64,000 nucleotides of DNA from sequence record OR437326.1; one strand, written 5' to 3'. Below the pieces are notes generated by a model. The model had not been told where the DNA came from, made no database searches, and saw only the letters and a list, made by a program, of their open reading frames with translations. Positions within the stretch are counted from its first letter, which is position 1, and the number at the start of each line of letters is the position of its first letter. Of this stretch, positions 45,624 to 55,185 are shown in pieces. A program made the translations under genes and the position numbers. The DNA is from Escherichia phage iGC_PHA_EC001.

Positions 45624-46166
45624 TTATTTTGTGTTGACCTTATTTCGCATTAACCTGTGGGATACAGAGTTGCGAGATCTGTTTAGAACCTTACCAATCC
45701 CTGCATGACTATACCCTTCACTATTTAACTTTTCAAGAATCTGGTCTTCTTCCTCTGTCCAGTAGCGGCGTTTAGCTTGTCTATCATCCACACCATACAT
45801 GATAGGTTGCTTTACATCCATCACTTTTAGCAATCTGACAGCCTCTTCCGCTTTCTCTTTTTTGAAACGGAGATAAGGGATTAAATTCTCAAGCAATCTT
45901 ATCACACTTTCTCTGCTGCTAACATTGATATTATACATCAAATTATCATATTTTTCAGCCCAAGCTACGCGCGATGTGAAAGAGACAGTATATCCATAAC
46001 TTTCCAACTCTTTAGCCAAATCGGTCATTTCTTCTGCCGATCTCTCGTGTTGTGTAAGGTTTACTGTGTAGGAGTCTGAAGTCTCCCTGTTTCTGCTTAT
46101 AATAGATCCATCACAATCTATGCAACCTGCGTAGTAAGCATAAAACAGTTGTTCTTTTATGTCCAC
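45624..46166 (-). CDS. LAGLIDADG-like homing endonuclease with C-terminal helix-turn-helix (tentative)
   Basis: N-terminal YYAGCIDCDGSI resembles LAGLIDADG; C-terminal RRYWTEEEDQIL..HRLMR resembles a Myb/HTH module. Confidence 0.35.
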   Translation of the reverse strand: MDIKEQLFYAYYAGCIDCDGSIISRNRETSDSYTVNLTQHERSAEEMTDLAKELESYGYTVSFTSRVAWAEKYDNLMYNINVSSRESVIRLLENLIPYLRFKKEKAEEAVRLLKVMDVKQPIMYGVDDRQAKRRYWTEEEDQILEKLNSEGYSHAGIGKVLNRSRNSVSHRLMRNKVNTK

Positions 46167-46170
46167 AATA

Positions 46171-46533
46171 TTAACCTAAACACATACGTGCGATCAGACC
46201 ATGGATGAGCTTATCTGCTTCTTCACGATCATAGTCGGTATCTTCTATACCACCATCTTCGTCACGATAAACTTTACCTTCCAGGTACCCAGCATCGATC
46301 AAACCAATAATCAAATCGAACTGCCAGCAAGAGTTACCGAAAGGGCGTTTTCCACTGAAGCTATCTTCTTCTTCCCAAAGCGTAGAGAGCAGTCGTCTGA
46401 AATATTCACGCACAGTAACAGTGCCAAGATCATCGTCTTCAAAAACAACATCTAAAGCATCTGGTTCAGCTTTCTCTACAACAGGCACATAACGTTGACC
46501 ATTAATAACAACATCTACGATTGTTTCTCTCAT
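46171..46533 (-). CDS. Hypothetical acidic protein
   Basis: 120-aa ORF. Confidence 0.3.
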   Translation of the reverse strand: MRETIVDVVINGQRYVPVVEKAEPDALDVVFEDDDLGTVTVREYFRRLLSTLWEEEDSFSGKRPFGNSCWQFDLIIGLIDAGYLEGKVYRDEDGGIEDTDYDREEADKLIHGLIARMCLG

Positions 46534-46892
46534 TTTTCCTCCTTTTTGTATTCAATGAACATATCTGCATAGTAAGCTTTACGTTCTTCAAATTTAGCAG
46601 GGTTTACCACAATGAACAACACCTTTCTGTTGTCTTGTGGTTCTTTGACTGTAATATATAAATCTTTTGTGCAATAGAAACCTGTGGCTTTGTAAGCGTC
46701 ACCCCAATTATCCACTCCACGATCTATACGATCAAACTTGCAGTTATACTTTTTATCATCCACTTGGTAGACAGCCTCCCCACCATACCAAGTGAAGAAT
46801 TGGCTACCTTCCACCCCAATCTTGAAACCATCACGGGCGGCTGTAGCATTGGTGGCAATCATCAACATCATGACACAAGGTAGCCTTTTCAT
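46530..46892 (-). CDS. Secreted hypothetical protein (signal peptide)
   Basis: N-terminal MKRLPCVMMLMIATNATAA. Confidence 0.35.
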   Translation of the reverse strand: MKRLPCVMMLMIATNATAARDGFKIGVEGSQFFTWYGGEAVYQVDDKKYNCKFDRIDRGVDNWGDAYKATGFYCTKDLYITVKEPQDNRKVLFIVVNPAKFEERKAYYADMFIEYKKEEK

Positions 46893-47198
46893 TTAGAATT
46901 CCTCTTCAGTCTTCTGTCGGTTTTTGAAGAATACTACGTCATATACCTCTCCGTAACCATCATTTACACAGAACATAATAAAACGATCATCTTCTGCTGT
47001 TGGTGCGCGATGTTCAAGTTCAAAACTTTCAATAAAACCGCGTGAATTTACGTAGTAGATTTCATCCTCGCCAGAGAACATCCAATCCCTGTCTATCAGA
47101 TAGAAAGCTAAACTCACAGGCGACAACTCATCCTTCACAGAATCATTGTACAGCATGTGGGCTGCAACTGCCAAGCTTAAAGTCGGGTTATACAACAT
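46893..47198 (-). CDS. Hypothetical protein (tandem paralog A)
   Basis: Shares EIY..ELE-x-R-x-P..ED..FIM-x-VN-x-G-x-GE..VVF-K with 47198..47545. Confidence 0.35.
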   Translation of the reverse strand: MLYNPTLSLAVAAHMLYNDSVKDELSPVSLAFYLIDRDWMFSGEDEIYYVNSRGFIESFELEHRAPTAEDDRFIMFCVNDGYGEVYDVVFFKNRQKTEEEF

Positions 47199-47545
47199 TA
47201 CACCTCCTCGTCAGACTCATCTGCTTTAGAGAATACAACATTAAACGTTTCACCGCAACCATTATTTACGAAATACATGATAAAGTTTTCATCTTCGTCT
47301 ACAGGGCCACGGTATTCCAGTTCGTAGCTATACAGAGAACTATCGCTTGTGGCTCCCTGCGGATACCAGAAATAGATCTCATCGAAAGATTTAACCCACT
47401 TCAAACCTGTACGATCCTCAAACACTAATGAGGAAGGATTGTCAGCATCTTTGACAGCTTCTTCATAATCTTGGTGGAACTTGACTGCTGTTGATAATGT
47501 GCTCATTATGCCTCCTCGTAATGTTTGCAAACAACGTGTCTCCAC
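47198..47545 (-). CDS. Hypothetical protein (tandem paralog B)
   Basis: Alignable with 46893..47198; stop/start overlap. Confidence 0.35.
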   Translation of the reverse strand: METRCLQTLRGGIMSTLSTAVKFHQDYEEAVKDADNPSSLVFEDRTGLKWVKSFDEIYFWYPQGATSDSSLYSYELEYRGPVDEDENFIMYFVNNGCGETFNVVFSKADESDEEV

Positions 47546-47698
47546 GTCTTCTTATAATGTTCTCGCTTCGTCATAGCTTCTTGATAAGAGGGAATACGCT
47601 GTAACAGAAGTCTCCATTCACAATCTACGCCCATACGTCCGTACAAAGCATAACGAACATTGTTTTTCTTGTCTTGCATACTCCCTCCGATCAGTTAA

Positions 47699-47896
47699 TT
47701 AAACTTTTCCCCAAGTACCAAAAGCACAGGAAGGGTAGATTCCAACTTGAGGGTTTCCGTTATCATCTTTGAAAGTAAAACTGTTATTGTCTTTATCAAG
47801 AACTGTAGAATAAATCTTACCAACAGTAACGCAGTTGGAAGCTTGACCCAGTTCAGTGAGAGTAAGACATTTCATTTTCTGTTTCTTTGTAGCCAT
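47699..47896 (-). CDS. Hypothetical small protein
   Basis: 65-aa ORF preceded by GGAG and a sigma70-like promoter. Confidence 0.3.
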   Translation of the reverse strand: MATKKQKMKCLTLTELGQASNCVTVGKIYSTVLDKDNNSFTFKDDNGNPQVGIYPSCAFGTWGKV

Positions 47897-47926
47897 TTAT
47901 AAAATCTCCTTAGTAAGTGAATCTTT

Positions 47927-47956
47927 ATTCTACACAAAGAGCTTTGCACATGTCAA
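47927..47956 (-). promoter_or_regulatory. Sigma70-like promoter
   Basis: On - strand: TTGACA, about 18 bp, TAGAAT, upstream of 47699..47896. Confidence 0.4.
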
Positions 47957-47978
47957 GTAACTCTTTGTCAGATTAGTC

Positions 47979-48248
47979 TTAATGATTAGTGATGTTGATG
48001 ACAATCTTAGTTTCAACCTTAGCCCAACAGTAATCTGCTTCATTAAAACGACTAGTCACAATGTATTCTCCTGCACGAGAACCTGTTAAGCACACTGCAC
48101 CTGTATCTGTAGCTAAGTAGTAGTCCCGTTCTTGTTCACTTACTTCTGAATCGTAGTAGTAGAAAACAGACATAGGTTCAATTTCAGATAAACGGTATAA
48201 CTTTGGAACAGGGGATTTCTCGATAAACTCAACAGAAGTTTTACTCAT
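47979..48248 (-). CDS. Hypothetical protein
   Basis: 89-aa ORF. Confidence 0.3.
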   Translation of the reverse strand: MSKTSVEFIEKSPVPKLYRLSEIEPMSVFYYYDSEVSEQERDYYLATDTGAVCLTGSRAGEYIVTSRFNEADYCWAKVETKIVINITNH

Positions 48249-48481
48249 TTGTTTTCTCCTAGATCTAAACTAATTAAGAAGTCACGAAGGATGATCATTT
48301 GTTCTGTAGACAATGATAATACACCTTCTCCATAAATATCACCAGACCATTCGGTAGTTAGATCTAGTGTACCAGTACCAGGAAACCAATCAATAGTGAT
48401 CTGATTACCATTAGAGTCAGGTAGTATTTCACTGACTAACATAACACACTCTCCTATTATTGTTCTTGATCTTACGATCAT
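48245..48481 (-). CDS. Hypothetical protein
   Basis: 78-aa ORF, 4-nt overlap with downstream gene. Confidence 0.3.
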   Translation of the reverse strand: MIVRSRTIIGECVMLVSEILPDSNGNQITIDWFPGTGTLDLTTEWSGDIYGEGVLSLSTEQMIILRDFLISLDLGENK

Positions 48482-48611
48482 CTACCGATAAGAACAAGTA
48501 CTTAAATCTCTGTTCTTCGAACATCTAACGATAGAGATTAATCTATTACATAATCTATACTCGCTATCGCTCGACCCTTCGGGGTTAGGGTAGCATATTT
48601 TTTGAAAAAAG

Positions 48612-48968
48612 TCAACACTTATTTTTGGTAAGTAGATAAATCAATTGTTCACCTGCTTCTGGTGCATATAGTGCTTTAGTATCGAAGTCAAAGAAGTGAG
48701 TGACTCCTGTTACTTTGGATGCATGAATAGATGATCGTGCAAGCTTAAGCAGATTATCCATTTCCGCAATCTTTGCACGAAATACTGCACGTGTAGCGTC
48801 AAAAGCTGCATGTGGCATGTATTTACGATTTAGACTACTACGTTTAAATTTACGATAGTCTGCAATGATCCTGTTACGTTCTTTGTTCAAGTGCTTTACC
48901 AGTGCAGTATATACATGTGGTTCTTTGTTAGCCATTGTTAATCTCCTCTTCATATGTTGGTAGTGCAT
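48612..48968 (-). CDS. Hypothetical basic protein
   Basis: 118-aa ORF. Confidence 0.3.
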   Translation of the reverse strand: MHYQHMKRRLTMANKEPHVYTALVKHLNKERNRIIADYRKFKRSSLNRKYMPHAAFDATRAVFRAKIAEMDNLLKLARSSIHASKVTGVTHFFDFDTKALYAPEAGEQLIYLLTKNKC

Positions 48969-49140
48969 GGTATGCGATCACAGGTGCCAAGTCAAAATAA
49001 AAATGACCATTGATAACAGCTATCGTGCCATTGCGTGTTTTGTTAACTTCACAGAATCCCTTCTTGCCGTTTGCCATGATTACAAGCCACTCTCCGATAG
49101 GAACATCCTCGGTACCAGATACTTTAATCCATCCAATCAC
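48928..49140 (-). CDS. Hypothetical protein
   Basis: 70-aa ORF. Confidence 0.3.
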   Translation of the reverse strand: MIGWIKVSGTEDVPIGEWLVIMANGKKGFCEVNKTRNGTIAVINGHFYFDLAPVIAYHALPTYEEEINNG

Positions 49141-49397
49141 TTTACTTCCCCTTTGTAATCGGACACTATACCAGGTCTTACTTTTGCCTTAAGATGTTTC
49201 AACTCTGCCATAGGAGTTGCCACTTGTATAAGGTTAATAATTTCAACCTCGTAGATAGTATACTCATAACCCGCATACTTCCCGATGGAATGCAGGTATT
49301 TGATAGCATGTTCAGGTGAATCTGCTTCAACATACCCCAAATCTTTTGTAGTGCGGCCTTCACAGTCGCCTTCTGTAGTTACGTGATAAAGTGTCAT
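49137..49397 (-). CDS. Hypothetical protein
   Basis: 86-aa ORF. Confidence 0.3.
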   Translation of the reverse strand: MTLYHVTTEGDCEGRTTKDLGYVEADSPEHAIKYLHSIGKYAGYEYTIYEVEIINLIQVATPMAELKHLKAKVRPGIVSDYKGEVK

Positions 49398-49539
49398 AAA
49401 ACCTCCTCATAGTAAGGTAAAGCCTTGATCAATTGTTCTGAAGCACCATTCTCTATCCATGTAGCCCCGTTGTCAAGAGAAACATACCCTTTCTTATCGA
49501 TAAATTTACGAAGACAACCAGTGAACTTGTTTTTGTAGA

Positions 49540-49983
49540 TCATTTCTTCTTTCCTTTCTTTAATTTGTTGTGACCTTTACCCTTATAAAGCTTGTGATTA
49601 CGAGCAGACGGGTTATTTTGGTTCTCCAGTCGGCTAACAGGTGTATTCCAAAGGTTTCCTGCTACAAAAGATGCTGCCACAAGTTCTTCCAGGTATACAA
49701 AATCCAAAGCAGGTATCTTTGTTTCCCTAACCTCGCGTTCTACATTAGACAACACGCCTTCTTCCTTACTGTCTTCTTTTTCAATTACAGACCAACCCTC
49801 TTCCTGCCAAGCTTCCCCTCTGAACCAAGTTTCCATGTTATAACCTTGTTCGTCGAGAATAACACCATCTCGCATCTCAAACCATTCGCCACCACAAAAA
49901 TGGCGGTGCTCAACACGTCTACCTTCCTTCATTGCTTCTTTAGCTTCGGGCCAAGTCAGTTTGATGTTTTGGATGTTTTGCAT
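49540..49983 (-). CDS. Hypothetical protein with Lys-rich C-terminus
   Basis: 147-aa ORF; last gene of the - block before the divergent region. Confidence 0.3.
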   Translation of the reverse strand: MQNIQNIKLTWPEAKEAMKEGRRVEHRHFCGGEWFEMRDGVILDEQGYNMETWFRGEAWQEEGWSVIEKEDSKEEGVLSNVEREVRETKIPALDFVYLEELVAASFVAGNLWNTPVSRLENQNNPSARNHKLYKGKGHNKLKKGKKK

Positions 49984-50097
49984 TTGTTTTCTCCTTTTGT
50001 TTGGTAGTAGTTGATCTTAACAAGATTAAAAAGTATGTCAATACTTGATCTGAAATTATTTTCAGGTATCATATATGAACATTAACAAGAGAGGTAG

Positions 50098-50391
50098 ATG
50101 ATGAACATTACTTTAGCAACTAAGAATATTTCTGAAACAATTAACGGTTTTGGTGTGATTGTAGCCTTGCACGGTAACAATGAGAAATGGTTGGCTTCTT
50201 TTGAAGAGGATCGTCAGCACAACATCATTTTAGATGCTCCTATAAAAGTTATGCATATTGTTGGTGAAAGCAAAGTGCTCACTTCCTCCCGTTCAAAGGA
50301 ACAAATTACAAACGAATTAGTAAAACTGCTTGACAATGTTCTTAACATGTTTGATAATGCACCCATCGACACAAAACGTGTCTTAATGTGA
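50098..50391 (+). CDS. Hypothetical protein
   Basis: First gene of + block after divergent intergenic region; GAGAGG upstream. Confidence 0.3.
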   Translation: MMNITLATKNISETINGFGVIVALHGNNEKWLASFEEDRQHNIILDAPIKVMHIVGESKVLTSSRSKEQITNELVKLLDNVLNMFDNAPIDTKRVLM

Positions 50392-50403
50392 AAGGAGAAC
50401 AAA

Positions 50404-50691
50404 ATGTACTATTCACAAGACGAAGTAGCAAACATTAAACTGGCAGTGGGAGATCTTATTGTGTCACCTAACTACTATTGGGATAACAGAGATTTGGTTG
50501 AAGTAGTAACCTATGTTGGAGTTGAAGGTATTGTGCTCTACACACTAGGTGGAGGTGTTGTTGGGGAAATGGAACGTTATACGACAACGAAGAAACTGGT
50601 AAGCTCTTATCACATGTTTTTACACCAAGGTTCGGAAGAGTATACAGCTTTCTTGTTGAAATTAGATGCAGATCGGGAGAAGGCACGATGA
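50404..50691 (+). CDS. Hypothetical protein
   Basis: 95-aa ORF, GGAG upstream. Confidence 0.3.
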   Translation: MYYSQDEVANIKLAVGDLIVSPNYYWDNRDLVEVVTYVGVEGIVLYTLGGGVVGEMERYTTTKKLVSSYHMFLHQGSEEYTAFLLKLDADREKAR

Positions 50692-51044
50692 AAATTGTAC
50701 ACGATGAAATTCAAATAGAAGAAAGTGACCTGATGGATTTGGATGCAGTTTTGGGGAAGGTAATCTATGCAGGAATTAAAGCCTTCCGTGAGAAGGCAAA
50801 CAATAGCACGTTTGTCATGATCCCCACTAAACTGATGCGTGTTTTGTATCCAAATAGAAGTGCGCCGTATACAGATGAAGAAGAGGAGACAGGTAGAAGA
50901 GAGTGGTTAAATATTTTAGAAAAGATGGAGAATGCTTTTATTGATAGTGGTAATCCAGAAATCGTGTATGCTGAAGATCAAAGGAAGGCACGATTAGAGG
51001 GCCGTCTTTTATTCGCTAGTTATTTTGATAATCTTTGGAGCTAA
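50688..51044 (+). CDS. Hypothetical protein
   Basis: 118-aa ORF, ATGA overlap. Confidence 0.3.
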   Translation: MKIVHDEIQIEESDLMDLDAVLGKVIYAGIKAFREKANNSTFVMIPTKLMRVLYPNRSAPYTDEEEETGRREWLNILEKMENAFIDSGNPEIVYAEDQRKARLEGRLLFASYFDNLWS

Positions 51045-51223
51045 ATATGTCTGAATTCTTCACAATGGCTTTCTTAGGGATCTATCTGATTATTAGTGCT
51101 GTTGGCTTAATCATGTCTCTAATAGAGGAAATGGGAATTAAGTGGAATTGTGTATTCGGTATAGCTCTTATGCTCACTCCGGTTTGGATCTACATCTGCA
51201 AAGCAGTTGAACTAATTGGTTAA
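51035..51223 (+). CDS. Small membrane protein
   Basis: 62 aa, two hydrophobic segments. Confidence 0.3.
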   Translation: MELNMSEFFTMAFLGIYLIISAVGLIMSLIEEMGIKWNCVFGIALMLTPVWIYICKAVELIG

Positions 51224-51234
51224 TATGGGGTAAT

Positions 51235-51486
51235 ATGATTCAGTTCCAAAAAGGTCAAAAGATGACGGTATACGACGCAAAAGATATGGAATTTGCACTT
51301 GAACTTCTCGAAGATGCAGGTTTTGTGTGGATCAACGGCGGAGAGAAGCCTACGGCTTGGCTTCCACATGAAAAAGTAGTCAACCACACCTTTCCTGACA
51401 GTATCAACTGGCATTCTGATGGTAAGATTTGCCGTGGAAGTTACCCAACAGGTGTCGAGTGGACCATTAAATTAGGAGGGCTTTAA
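51235..51486 (+). CDS. Hypothetical protein
   Basis: 83-aa ORF. Confidence 0.3.
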   Translation: MIQFQKGQKMTVYDAKDMEFALELLEDAGFVWINGGEKPTAWLPHEKVVNHTFPDSINWHSDGKICRGSYPTGVEWTIKLGGL

Positions 51487-51487
51487 T

Positions 51488-51826
51488 ATGTTTAGTAAAG
51501 AGATGAGAGACGTAATTGCCACTCTGGTAGTTGATCATGGTGTTGAAGTTGAGCGTCACGTTTGGAAAGATGAGCCTCCTTTCTTTGATTTGGCATCACG
51601 GGCTAAAAGTCACATGTATCTCCTTGAAGATGATAAGGATTTTATTCTGCGTATGCGTTATGATCGAGAGTTTAGAATTCCTCTTGACACAGATCCTGAT
51701 GATGTAGTATTGTGGTTGGCAGAGCATTTCGCATTTAACGCTCTACATGGAAGAAGTTTTGGTAATGAACGTTGGGATACCATTTGTCGTAAACATAATA
51801 TTGAACCAGAATACGGGAGTATGTAA
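51488..51826 (+). CDS. Hypothetical protein
   Basis: 112-aa ORF. Confidence 0.3.
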   Translation: MFSKEMRDVIATLVVDHGVEVERHVWKDEPPFFDLASRAKSHMYLLEDDKDFILRMRYDREFRIPLDTDPDDVVLWLAEHFAFNALHGRSFGNERWDTICRKHNIEPEYGSM

Positions 51827-52077
51827 TGTTAAGCGTTAAGCCTAAGATGATCAGTGAAGACCAGAAAGATTTCATTTACAAGTGTGGACGAATCTGGAGA
51901 GAGTATACCAAGGGTAACGAGGTCGTGGTGGTTACTGAACACCAGATTGAAATCTCTGATCTTTTCGGTGATTATTTGCAAGTGATCAAATTAGGCATTG
52001 ACAGAGGTTTGGTGCAGGTGTTAACATTATCCCAAGTTGAAGCAGAACACTTAGACAAAATCATTGTCGAGTTCTAA
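51826..52077 (+). CDS. Hypothetical protein
   Basis: 83-aa ORF. Confidence 0.3.
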   Translation: MLSVKPKMISEDQKDFIYKCGRIWREYTKGNEVVVVTEHQIEISDLFGDYLQVIKLGIDRGLVQVLTLSQVEAEHLDKIIVEF

Positions 52078-52255
52078 GAGGAGAAAGAATATGATCTCTT
52101 TAGAATCAATAGCTTTTAAGAAAGGGTATACCGCAGGGTTCAAGTTTGGTATGTTTAATAAAGTAAATCCATACTGTCCAATGACACACAAAAAGGAATT
52201 CGAAGAATGGGAAGATGGATTTTCTAAAGGCTACCAGGCAAAGGGTTGGTTGTAA
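52064..52255 (+). CDS. Hypothetical protein
   Basis: 63-aa ORF. Confidence 0.3.
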   Translation: MSSSKRRKNMISLESIAFKKGYTAGFKFGMFNKVNPYCPMTHKKEFEEWEDGFSKGYQAKGWL

Positions 52256-52410
52256 GGAGAGAATATGATTTTAAACTTCATCATCAACTTGTGTTTGACA
52301 TTGGGACTACTCTGTGCAATAGTATCCCCTCTGGTTGGTGAATATTGTTCTGAACTGGCGATGTTTATAGTTCTTGGTGCAGCTATTGCTAATATGTTTG
52401 TCGCTGCGAT

Positions 52411-52770
52411 TTGTATGTTGTGGGAATAGGAGGGAAGTTTATGAAAAAATTAATCTTAGCCACATTGCTGGCTACCGTAAGCTTCACCACTTACGCTCAA
52501 AAATTTGTAGCAGTTAAAACGGATATTGGTAAAGATGTTGTGATCACAGGCAACAAATTTTACTATACCCCTGGAAATGGTGTTCTAGAAGAGTGCCAAG
52601 ATGTTGAGGCATATACAGGAAAAGAAGATAACACGGAACGTCCTTTTTATTCGATTATAGCTACTTGCAAAAATGAAATAGTAGCTATTAAACAATACAA
52701 AGATGCCCCTGGAGGAGAGTACTTATTAATCAAGAATATTAAGAGTGAAAAACTACAAAGTTTACAGTAA
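52411..52770 (+). CDS. Secreted hypothetical protein (signal peptide)
   Basis: MKKLILATLLATVSFTTYAQ. Confidence 0.35.
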   Translation: MYVVGIGGKFMKKLILATLLATVSFTTYAQKFVAVKTDIGKDVVITGNKFYYTPGNGVLEECQDVEAYTGKEDNTERPFYSIIATCKNEIVAIKQYKDAPGGEYLLIKNIKSEKLQSLQ

Positions 52771-52795
52771 TTATTTTAAAAGGAGAAACGTTCTA

Positions 52796-53935
52796 ATGAA
52801 ATACACTATTTTTGGAGATGTGGCTGTTGTAAATAAGGAATATGGTGTTGAAGCTAATAAACTTCCTGCTGGAGTTTGGGTTGTCAACTGCGATCCGCAC
52901 GGTAACTACTCTTTAGTGCGTGGCGAAAGTTTCTCTCTTCCGAACACTCTTTATGGGGAAACTAAAGACCGCGCCGCACATGTTATTAAAACATTTGCTC
53001 GTCGTAGTAAAGAAGGTAAAAATACTGGGGTGTTACTGACAGGAACAAAGGGCAGTGGTAAGACGATGTTAGCTAAACTGATTAGCATGTCCCTAATGTC
53101 CACAGAAGGTTTAGGTATTCCAACCATTTTGGTGACACAGCCTTACACAGATGCTGGATTCTTAGAATTTATGAGTAAAATTACAGATCGTGCTGTTGTT
53201 TTATTTGACGAGTTTGATAAAGTGTACGCTAAGAAAGAAGATCAGGAAGCACTGTTGACCTTGTTGGATGGAACAGGAAGTGGAAATAAACTTTACATCC
53301 TCACTAAAAATAGTGGCTATATCTCGGAATATTTTGTAAACCGTCCTAGTCGTATCTACTACAGTTTCAATTACGATAAACTGTCTAGTGAAACTATGTT
53401 AGATTACTTGGATAAGAACTTGGTAAATAAAAAGCACGTAGATAACTTCCAACGTTTATGGGATGTTAGCACAGAGTTGTCTTTCGATGTTATTCAAGGC
53501 ATTGTAGAAGAATTGAATTTCTATCCAAAAATGACTTTTAAAGAATGTCTTGAAATGATGGGTATTTCTTTAGGGAACGATGCTAAATGGAATGTGGCTT
53601 CTATCGTAGCTAATGGCAAAACCTTGAAGGTGAATTGGATCAATAACTGGCACGACTTCACCCCTACTAAGTTTTTGTCGGGTGCTTGTTCCCTGAACAT
53701 CTATCTACAAAGTTTGAAAGATGATGAAGTGGAAGCAATAGAAACCAACAGTTATGTTATCCTGGATGAAGATGGTGATCCACATATTGATCTATGTGCA
53801 ACGGCGGATGGTCTAACTTGCGATCTGATTGAAGGTGGTAAGATTCTTGTGATGAGCACTACACCAGGAAACACTCTGCGAGTGGTGCTGGAGCCTGTAA
53901 CACAACGTTCCACCACACTTGGTAGCGTGTTCTAA
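52796..53935 (+). CDS. AAA+ ATPase
   Basis: Start at ATG 52796 after AAAGGAG; Walker A GVLLTGTKGSGKTMLAKL; Walker B VVLFDEFDKV. Confidence 0.55.
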   Translation: MKYTIFGDVAVVNKEYGVEANKLPAGVWVVNCDPHGNYSLVRGESFSLPNTLYGETKDRAAHVIKTFARRSKEGKNTGVLLTGTKGSGKTMLAKLISMSLMSTEGLGIPTILVTQPYTDAGFLEFMSKITDRAVVLFDEFDKVYAKKEDQEALLTLLDGTGSGNKLYILTKNSGYISEYFVNRPSRIYYSFNYDKLSSETMLDYLDKNLVNKKHVDNFQRLWDVSTELSFDVIQGIVEELNFYPKMTFKECLEMMGISLGNDAKWNVASIVANGKTLKVNWINNWHDFTPTKFLSGACSLNIYLQSLKDDEVEAIETNSYVILDEDGDPHIDLCATADGLTCDLIEGGKILVMSTTPGNTLRVVLEPVTQRSTTLGSVF

Positions 53936-53940
53936 TAAAG

Positions 53941-53965
53941 ATGCCCCGCAAGGGGCATTTCTTAT
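53941..53965 (+). terminator. Rho-independent terminator
   Basis: ATGCCCC-gcaa-GGGGCAT followed by TTCTT. Confidence 0.55.
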
Positions 53966-53976
53966 AGGATGAAATC

Positions 53977-55185
53977 ATGAGTAAAGCTAAAAGTTGGGAA
54001 GAATATAAAGCAGAATGCGAGATCATAGCTCTCTCTAAAGGATATAAAATTTTAGGCCATAAAGAATGGAAAGGGTGTGAGACTAAACTCCTGATAGAAT
54101 GTCCTGTGCACGGTGTATGGGATACTTGTAAAATATCTAACTTTAAAAGTGGGAAGTCTTGCCCTTCTTGTGGTGAATTAACAAAAAGGGAGAAGAGAAC
54201 GAAGAGCAGAGAGGACCAAGAGAAAGAGTGTGAAGAAGAAGCGTTAAAAAGAGGTTGGCGCTTCTTGGGTATCTATGGAGAATGGCTGAAAGCTAAAAAG
54301 ACACGAGTAATCTTACGTTGTGATAGGGGTCACGAGTTTAACACATCTACCATAGACAACTTTAAGAATAATAAACAAGGTTGTCCAGTTTGTCGTTTAG
54401 AGGATATAGGTAAACACAATAAGCTTTCAGACGATCAGCACATACAAGATTTCATGAGTACGGGTGTGTTTCCCGAAGGCACTACCTTCACTAATACAGG
54501 GGAAAAAGCTGGGAGGAGCGAAATACTTTGGAGTGTATTTTGCCCTATCTGTGCTATAGATGAGTTTTCCAAAGCTGGGGTAGGAACGGGATATTTTATC
54601 GGTAGAGGTAGTTCATTAAAACAGGGTATGCGCCCTTGTCGTTGTTCTGCCAGTTACAAATATTCTGAAGAAGAGATGACATTTAGAGCAAAAAGTGACG
54701 TAGAACGTAGAGGGTACGTGTGGTTGGGGTGGATCGGGAAAGCTTCTATACTTGGGGATTTTGAATATGGTTGCAAGGATCATGGGAAACATGTGTGTAG
54801 TGCTAACAATTGGTTAAATAAGGGGTGTGGTTGCCCTGGTTGTGCAGGTATGAATCAACAACAAGCCTACATTAATTATATTTACGATGAGCAAGATATT
54901 ATCTGTGCACTGAAGTTTGGTATTGCTAATAATAGTAATCGCCGTATCAAAGAACAAAATAGTCGTAATGTGTTTACTATGAAACAGAGCCAAGTGTGGC
55001 ACTTCCCTACTGTGAAGCAATGCAAAGATGCAGAAAAGCGTTGTAAGCGTGTCCTTCACACGGAAGCAGTGAGCAAATATTCTATGCCAGATGGCTACAC
55101 AGAGACAGTGGAGTTATCTTGCATGGCATCAATACAAAATATTTATAAACTTTATGGTGGAACATTACAGGAGGAAACATGTTAG
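53977..55185 (+). CDS. Cys-rich protein with three tandem zinc-ribbon-like repeats
   Basis: Three repeats of G-[YW]-x-[IF]-LG..W..x..C..HG..x..NF..G..CP-x-C (from aa 20, 90 and 236). Confidence 0.4.
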   Translation: MSKAKSWEEYKAECEIIALSKGYKILGHKEWKGCETKLLIECPVHGVWDTCKISNFKSGKSCPSCGELTKREKRTKSREDQEKECEEEALKRGWRFLGIYGEWLKAKKTRVILRCDRGHEFNTSTIDNFKNNKQGCPVCRLEDIGKHNKLSDDQHIQDFMSTGVFPEGTTFTNTGEKAGRSEILWSVFCPICAIDEFSKAGVGTGYFIGRGSSLKQGMRPCRCSASYKYSEEEMTFRAKSDVERRGYVWLGWIGKASILGDFEYGCKDHGKHVCSANNWLNKGCGCPGCAGMNQQQAYINYIYDEQDIICALKFGIANNSNRRIKEQNSRNVFTMKQSQVWHFPTVKQCKDAEKRCKRVLHTEAVSKYSMPDGYTETVELSCMASIQNIYKLYGGTLQEETC

